Assembly: GCF_004365815.1 (NCBI RefSeq)
Contig: NZ_SODD01000005.1
Coordinates: forward strand, 45,930-77,929
Origin: Breznakia blatticola
Lineage (GTDB): Bacteria > Bacillota_I > Bacilli_A > Erysipelotrichales > Erysipelotrichaceae
Reading direction: 5' to 3'
DNA length: 32,000 nucleotides
The first letter of the stretch is position 1. Each line of letters starts with the position of its first letter. Positions 31,906 to 32,000 of the stretch are shown here, in pieces. Position numbers and translations under genes: made by a program. Under the pieces are notes generated by a model, which was not told the DNA's origin, did not search any database, and was given only the letters and a program-made list of their open reading frames with translations.

Positions 31906-32000
31906 TAATGTCATTAAGTTAAGCAATAGAATTGTAAGAGGAGTCAATTAATTTTGACCCCTCTTTTTTTCTATTGACTTTTACTACAAAATTTGGGCGC
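31906..32000 (+). mobile_element. IS4-family insertion sequence, copy 2 (left 95 bp; runs off the window)
   Basis: 31906..32000 is collinear with 1396..1490, same orientation, no indels, one mismatch (31924 C versus 1414 T). Confidence 0.9.

Noticed and set aside
1396-32000. Interpreting the two IS4-family copies as the arms of a 30-kb composite transposon.
   Set aside because: Copy 1 is flanked on both sides by its own matching target duplication (1386..1395 = 3090..3099), which indicates an independent simple insertion. The intervening genes are mostly housekeeping-type. The outer end of copy 2 is outside the window, so the composite model cannot be supported.
1-32000. CRISPR arrays, rRNA genes, prophage structural genes, restriction-modification systems, toxin-antitoxin pairs or other defence-type systems.
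   Set aside because: I found no regularly spaced repeats. No ORF carried nuclease, methyltransferase, helicase, NTPase-STAND, TIR, SIR2 or toxin-like motifs that I could recognise. Every sizeable ORF has a more ordinary assignment, and the only unassigned proteins are a roughly 115-aa ORF and the N-terminal half of the PucR-type protein.

Overview
AT-rich Bacillota-type chromosomal segment; the taxon cannot be determined from the sequence alone. Core metabolic loci are interrupted by at least three kinds of mobile DNA.

Left to right:
1. The 3' end of a YesM-type histidine kinase and a YesN-type REC-AraC response regulator.
2. A complete IS4-family element (1396..3089) with an intact 10-12 bp target duplication.
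3. A Fbp/Afu-architecture ABC importer (ATPase, fused 2x permease, lipoprotein binding protein) behind a perfect cre box.
4. deoC, a split transketolase and tRNA-Arg(CCU).
5. A visibly more G+C-rich integrative-element remnant (about 9.9-14.6 kb). It carries a damaged tyrosine integrase, an Xis-type HTH protein and a TetR-controlled ABC exporter (one ATPase, two ABC-2 permeases).
6. An IS1182/IS5-like transposase.
7. Two small genes (one unassigned, one VOC/glyoxalase) and an orphan C-terminal fragment of a GH13 alpha-glucosidase.
8. An AdhR/NmlR-like MerR regulator flanked by two aldo/keto reductase genes. Each reductase gene has a near-identical MerR-type promoter with a 19-bp spacer.
9. A DUF218 protein.
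10. A maltodextrin locus: an MsmK-type ATPase, a short PucR-type regulator, glycogen phosphorylase and an atypical 645-aa GH13 enzyme on the minus strand; a LacI regulator, MalEFG-like transporter and GH13 alpha-glucosidase on the plus strand. A second copy of the same IS4-family element cuts the glucosidase at 31906.

I saw no rRNA and no CRISPR array. I could not recognise a canonical defence or toxin-antitoxin system, or an obviously novel one. The items most worth a second look:
- the decaying integrative element with its intact cargo
- the MerR/dual-reductase promoter pair
- the possible sugar-phosphate scavenging locus
- the shared palindrome at both maltodextrin promoters
- the GlgE-like GH13 enzyme in the position where streptococcal mal loci carry MalQ

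All homology statements come from reading motifs by eye, not from searches.
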